Source: Obrimoposthia wandeli (lineage: Eukaryota). Taken from it: a stretch of DNA of 64,000 nt. The stretch lies in the NCBI GenBank assembly GCA_977020255.1, contig CDROCS010005497.1, positions 1 to 64,000 on the forward strand. The letters are read 5' to 3'. The notes under the pieces were generated by a model. It was not told the DNA's origin and did not search any database. It worked only from the letters and a program-made list of their open reading frames with translations. The position numbers and the translations under genes were made by a program. Positions 60,857 to 64,000 of the stretch are shown in pieces (the first letter of the stretch is position 1; each line of letters starts with the position of its first letter).

Positions 60857-61093
60857 TTAAGCACCCATTTGTGCAGCTAAGCCTTCACCTGGTTGGTTGG
60901 GAACTTGTTGTGCTGTTAATATCTCTAACGCTGCTACAATAAGAGCTTCGGGCGCTCCTTGCTGCATAAGCTGCTCCGGTGTTACCCCTTGTTGAAGTAA
61001 TTTAATAACTTGATCAATCTCTTCTTGGCTAAACTGTTGTTGTTGTGGTTGACCCATACTTTGTTGTGCTAATCCCATTGGTTGTTCATTCAT
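60857..61093 (-). CDS. Gln-rich hypothetical protein
   Basis: 78 aa; LLQQGVTPEQLMQQGAP. Confidence 0.55.
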   Translation of the reverse strand: MNEQPMGLAQQSMGQPQQQQFSQEEIDQVIKLLQQGVTPEQLMQQGAPEALIVAALEILTAQQVPNQPGEGLAAQMGA

Positions 61094-61710
61094 CTTATAT
61101 ATCCTAATTGACGAGCAAGACCTTCACTCATATTTTCAACACCTTCTGGTGCGTCACTTTGTATCGGCTGAGGATTGTAGTCTAACACCTGTTGACCTGT
61201 ATAAGGTTCAGGGTCATTACTAGACATTCTATGTGAAGCATACAACATCTCTGCTAGACTTCTCTCAGTGTCTACTGCCCCTTTATCATAAGCTTGAGTT
61301 CTCTCAAAATTTAATTCTTCATTCTTCTTCATAGAATCAAAAGCTGCTGCTTTCTGCTTAAGAACACTAGTCTCTTTAGCTCTTTCCATTATACCCATCT
61401 TAACTCCTTCATAATCTTTACCTTGCTTCTCATGTATACCAATAGCATACTTATCATAATCTTCATAATTAAACTTAGGATCTTTAGTATCAAAGGCTCC
61501 TAAATGCTCACCAGTCTTATAAAAGTGATCAATAGCCTCTTCCTGAGGTACTAACTGACCATCTATAACCTGAGGGATAAGTACTTCAGTTTCCCTGTCA
61601 GGACTTATACCAAAGCTTCTCTCAGTACTTATAGTACCATCACCATTATCCAATACTTTTCTATTAGATAAATCTATGGTACCATTATACTCATCAAACA
61701 GACCGGACAT
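61090..61710 (-). CDS. putative virion protein
   Basis: IDLSNR....GDGTISTE..EVLIP....EEAIDHF.KTGEHLG motif of podovirus virion proteins. Confidence 0.55.
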   Translation of the reverse strand: MSGLFDEYNGTIDLSNRKVLDNGDGTISTERSFGISPDRETEVLIPQVIDGQLVPQEEAIDHFYKTGEHLGAFDTKDPKFNYEDYDKYAIGIHEKQGKDYEGVKMGIMERAKETSVLKQKAAAFDSMKKNEELNFERTQAYDKGAVDTERSLAEMLYASHRMSSNDPEPYTGQQVLDYNPQPIQSDAPEGVENMSEGLARQLGYIR

Positions 61711-63671
61711 TATCTACTAATTCCAATGTTCTTATCACCCATTCTAGCTTGGAACATCGCTAACTCTCTCTGATGTGCCATCTTCATTTGTTCCAGCTCA
61801 ATACTGTTATTATAATCAATCTCTTCATTATCTTTAACAAATTTAAGATCATCTAAGTCAGTCTTAGCTTGTAATGATTGAACCTTAGCTTTCTCATATT
61901 CAGTCTTCCACTGTTTATACTCTGCATCAATTCCATTCTCTTTAGCTCTTGCATACTTATCGGCAATATCAGCTTTGATCTTATCATTCTCTAGCATAGC
62001 TTTCTCAATTTCAACTTGCTTCATCTTCTCAGCCATTGGGTCAGGCTCTTGCTTAAAGTCTTTAATCATCTTCTCTAACTTAGGATTTCTACTAAGCCTA
62101 GCAATTTCTGCAATAACCATTTGAGTCATCTCAAAAGGCATTGTATTCCCTAACGTCTGTAATAAGAAACTTAACTCTTGACTTTTAGCAGCATTATCTT
62201 CAGCAGTACTAATCCCAATTTCAACATCAACTCTACCGTCTAAATCATCTTTCTTAATAGTAACATATTCTGCATTAGTAATTCTAACTACTTCTTCTTC
62301 TTCTAAGAACATAGCATTATATGCCATCCACTTTCTCATAAGAGGCTTCATTAAGTTCTCAGCAACATTTCGTACTAAGTTCATTCTTCTAACTGCAGTA
62401 GCATCCATAGCACCTCTAGCAGCCGTAGCTGTAGTACCAATAGCATTACCACTTATACCTCCACTAAAACTCTTAGTTCCAGTCTGAGATTCAATTTCAT
62501 TGTTCATCATTTCAAGCATTGTAAATACACTACCTGGAATCTGGTTGTAACTACCTTGCCAAAACTCATTAGGATTACCATTAAATTCGAAGTTCTTTCC
62601 TTGTAGGAATTTCTTTCTATTAGCCTGGTCTAACGCACCTCTGTGCATACCAATTTGACTATTATTACTCTTAGCCATATTGTCAATAATACCACGAGTG
62701 ATAGCTGTCTTAATCTTTTGATTGTCACCAATATTCTCTGCCAGTGCTTCCCCTACCATTTGGAAAGGAACAGCATTAAAAGGAACAATTATAAAGGGTG
62801 GTCTTTTATCTGGATAAGGATTTCTCTCTAGCCTTATAATAGTATCTCCAACCCAAGCACAAACTATGTCCTCTACTTCACCATCATCATCAATATCATA
62901 ACTACCCCAGTATTCATAGACAACTAACTTCTTTCTAGCATCATCTGAAAACTTAAATTCAGAGTCATCTTCCGCATTATAGTCAAAATCATCCCCTTCA
63001 TTCTTTCTAGAAACCTGATCAAGATTCTTGTATCTTCCATCAGCTCTCAGGGCACTAATACTAGTCTCATACCTATGAGCTACAAATTGACAGTTATCCA
63101 TGTCATCCATACAAGTAGGATCTATGTAAATATCTTCATTTCTACAAACAACCGCTGTGGGCTGATTTTTTATAACTTTAGTTGACATAACTACTTCTTT
63201 TACGATGTGTTCATATCCTAACTCATCAGTAATAACCGAATCAACTTCCTCTTCGATTTCTTCCTCTTCATACTCCCAGCCTGTCTGTATTACAGCAGTA
63301 CCTTCAGTAGCAAGGACTCTTAAAGCTTTCATAATAAAGTTATATCTATTAAACTTTCTACAGAACTGTGTGTTAAGTAGTAGTTCATTTTGTCGAGCAC
63401 TTGGCTCATCCTCAAATGTTACAGGATTACACTTAATAACGTCTGGGGTACTTAAAAAAGGATCTGAGATACTTGGTAGCATCCACTCTAATTGCCTCTT
63501 AATATCTTTTGATACTAATGCAGACTTTCCTTTCTCTTCGTTCCCATAGGGGTTACCATAAGTCTGATCTTTATAATCACTTACCTTATCAACCCATTCC
63601 TTCTGGAAGGTCTCTGATGCCTTAACATCAGCTTTTAAGTTGCTCAATAGATTCTTTTTATTTATTTTCAT
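61710..63671 (-). CDS. portal protein (N4 gp59-like)
   Basis: 653 aa; VSKDIKRQLEWMLPSISDPF, YEYWG, PYPDKRPPF, TATAARG. Confidence 0.88.
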   Translation of the reverse strand: MKINKKNLLSNLKADVKASETFQKEWVDKVSDYKDQTYGNPYGNEEKGKSALVSKDIKRQLEWMLPSISDPFLSTPDVIKCNPVTFEDEPSARQNELLLNTQFCRKFNRYNFIMKALRVLATEGTAVIQTGWEYEEEEIEEEVDSVITDELGYEHIVKEVVMSTKVIKNQPTAVVCRNEDIYIDPTCMDDMDNCQFVAHRYETSISALRADGRYKNLDQVSRKNEGDDFDYNAEDDSEFKFSDDARKKLVVYEYWGSYDIDDDGEVEDIVCAWVGDTIIRLERNPYPDKRPPFIIVPFNAVPFQMVGEALAENIGDNQKIKTAITRGIIDNMAKSNNSQIGMHRGALDQANRKKFLQGKNFEFNGNPNEFWQGSYNQIPGSVFTMLEMMNNEIESQTGTKSFSGGISGNAIGTTATAARGAMDATAVRRMNLVRNVAENLMKPLMRKWMAYNAMFLEEEEVVRITNAEYVTIKKDDLDGRVDVEIGISTAEDNAAKSQELSFLLQTLGNTMPFEMTQMVIAEIARLSRNPKLEKMIKDFKQEPDPMAEKMKQVEIEKAMLENDKIKADIADKYARAKENGIDAEYKQWKTEYEKAKVQSLQAKTDLDDLKFVKDNEEIDYNNSIELEQMKMAHQRELAMFQARMGDKNIGISR

Positions 63672-63727
63672 ATATTATATCCTATCTTCATATGTCTAAT
63701 TATAGCCTACAGTCTCTTAAATATACC

Positions 63728-64000
63728 TTACTTAGTAGTAACAAGTTCAAAGTGAGGAGCATCATGAAAGCTCTGGTCACTAAATACATCATCACTATCC
63801 CAATCAATACCAAACCTAACGTTATGTGTAATCTCTCCAGAGGCTAGCAACATCTCCGTCACCATTTTCACTAGACCCATTAAGTAGTAAAACCTTCGAG
63901 TGTCTAGCTCTTTCCCACTAAAAGCATTAGTACCCTTTTTCCAAGGCATAATATCTACCGCCATGCTTGGATTAGATTGGTGTTTAGATTTCTTTCTAAT
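63728..64000 (-). CDS. M15-family peptidase endolysin, 3' part (5' end outside window)
   Basis: SKHQSNPSMAVDIMP...RFGIDWD...FHDAPHFEL. Confidence 0.85.
   Translation of the reverse strand: MRKKSKHQSNPSMAVDIMPWKKGTNAFSGKELDTRRFYYLMGLVKMVTEMLLASGEITHNVRFGIDWDSDDVFSDQSFHDAPHFELVTTK

Noticed and set aside
9320-63549. Numerous opposite-strand or nested ORFs in the track (e.g. 10254-10514, 12204-12446, 21753-22211, 36393-36911, 53008-53265)
   Set aside because: They are antisense shadows of well-supported genes, with no RBS and Ser/Leu/Phe-rich composition typical of reverse frames.

Overview
This window is most of the genome of an AT-rich lytic podophage of N4-like (Schitoviridae-like) architecture. 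The + strand (1-27236) carries replication, nucleotide-metabolism and accessory genes: family A DNA polymerase, primase/helicase, AAA ATPase, SSB, SF1 helicase, HU, class II RNR, PhoH and ClpP. The - strand (27217-64000) carries a giant virion RNA polymerase-like gene, virion proteins, N4 gp56-type major capsid, portal and an M15 endolysin. The most striking feature, absent from the ORF track, is a compact retron-type reverse transcriptase (~875-1663; motifs DISNCFDSI, QGxATSPILANIYL, YADD). It is followed by a tandem array of three ~210-240 nt retron-like ncRNA units (1672-2346). Each unit has its own terminal inverted-repeat pair, a TAG at the end of the 5' arm, a shared covarying hairpin motif and a different internal long hairpin. 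No cognate effector gene is recognisable. The DNA polymerase gene is interrupted twice, by a nucleotidyltransferase gene and by a group I intron encoding an endonuclease VII-like homing nuclease. Other oddities are a GIY-YIG gene carrying a recoded duplicate of its neighbour's 3' end, a shared leader motif before ssb and HU, two tRNA-like RNAs with abnormal anticodon arms, and paralogous LamG-like virion proteins. Regions 1-3340 and ~32600-34860 contain many frameshifts, even in essential genes, so they are most likely sequencing or assembly indels. Reading frames there were reconstructed by eye. All product calls come from motif recognition only; no database was searched.
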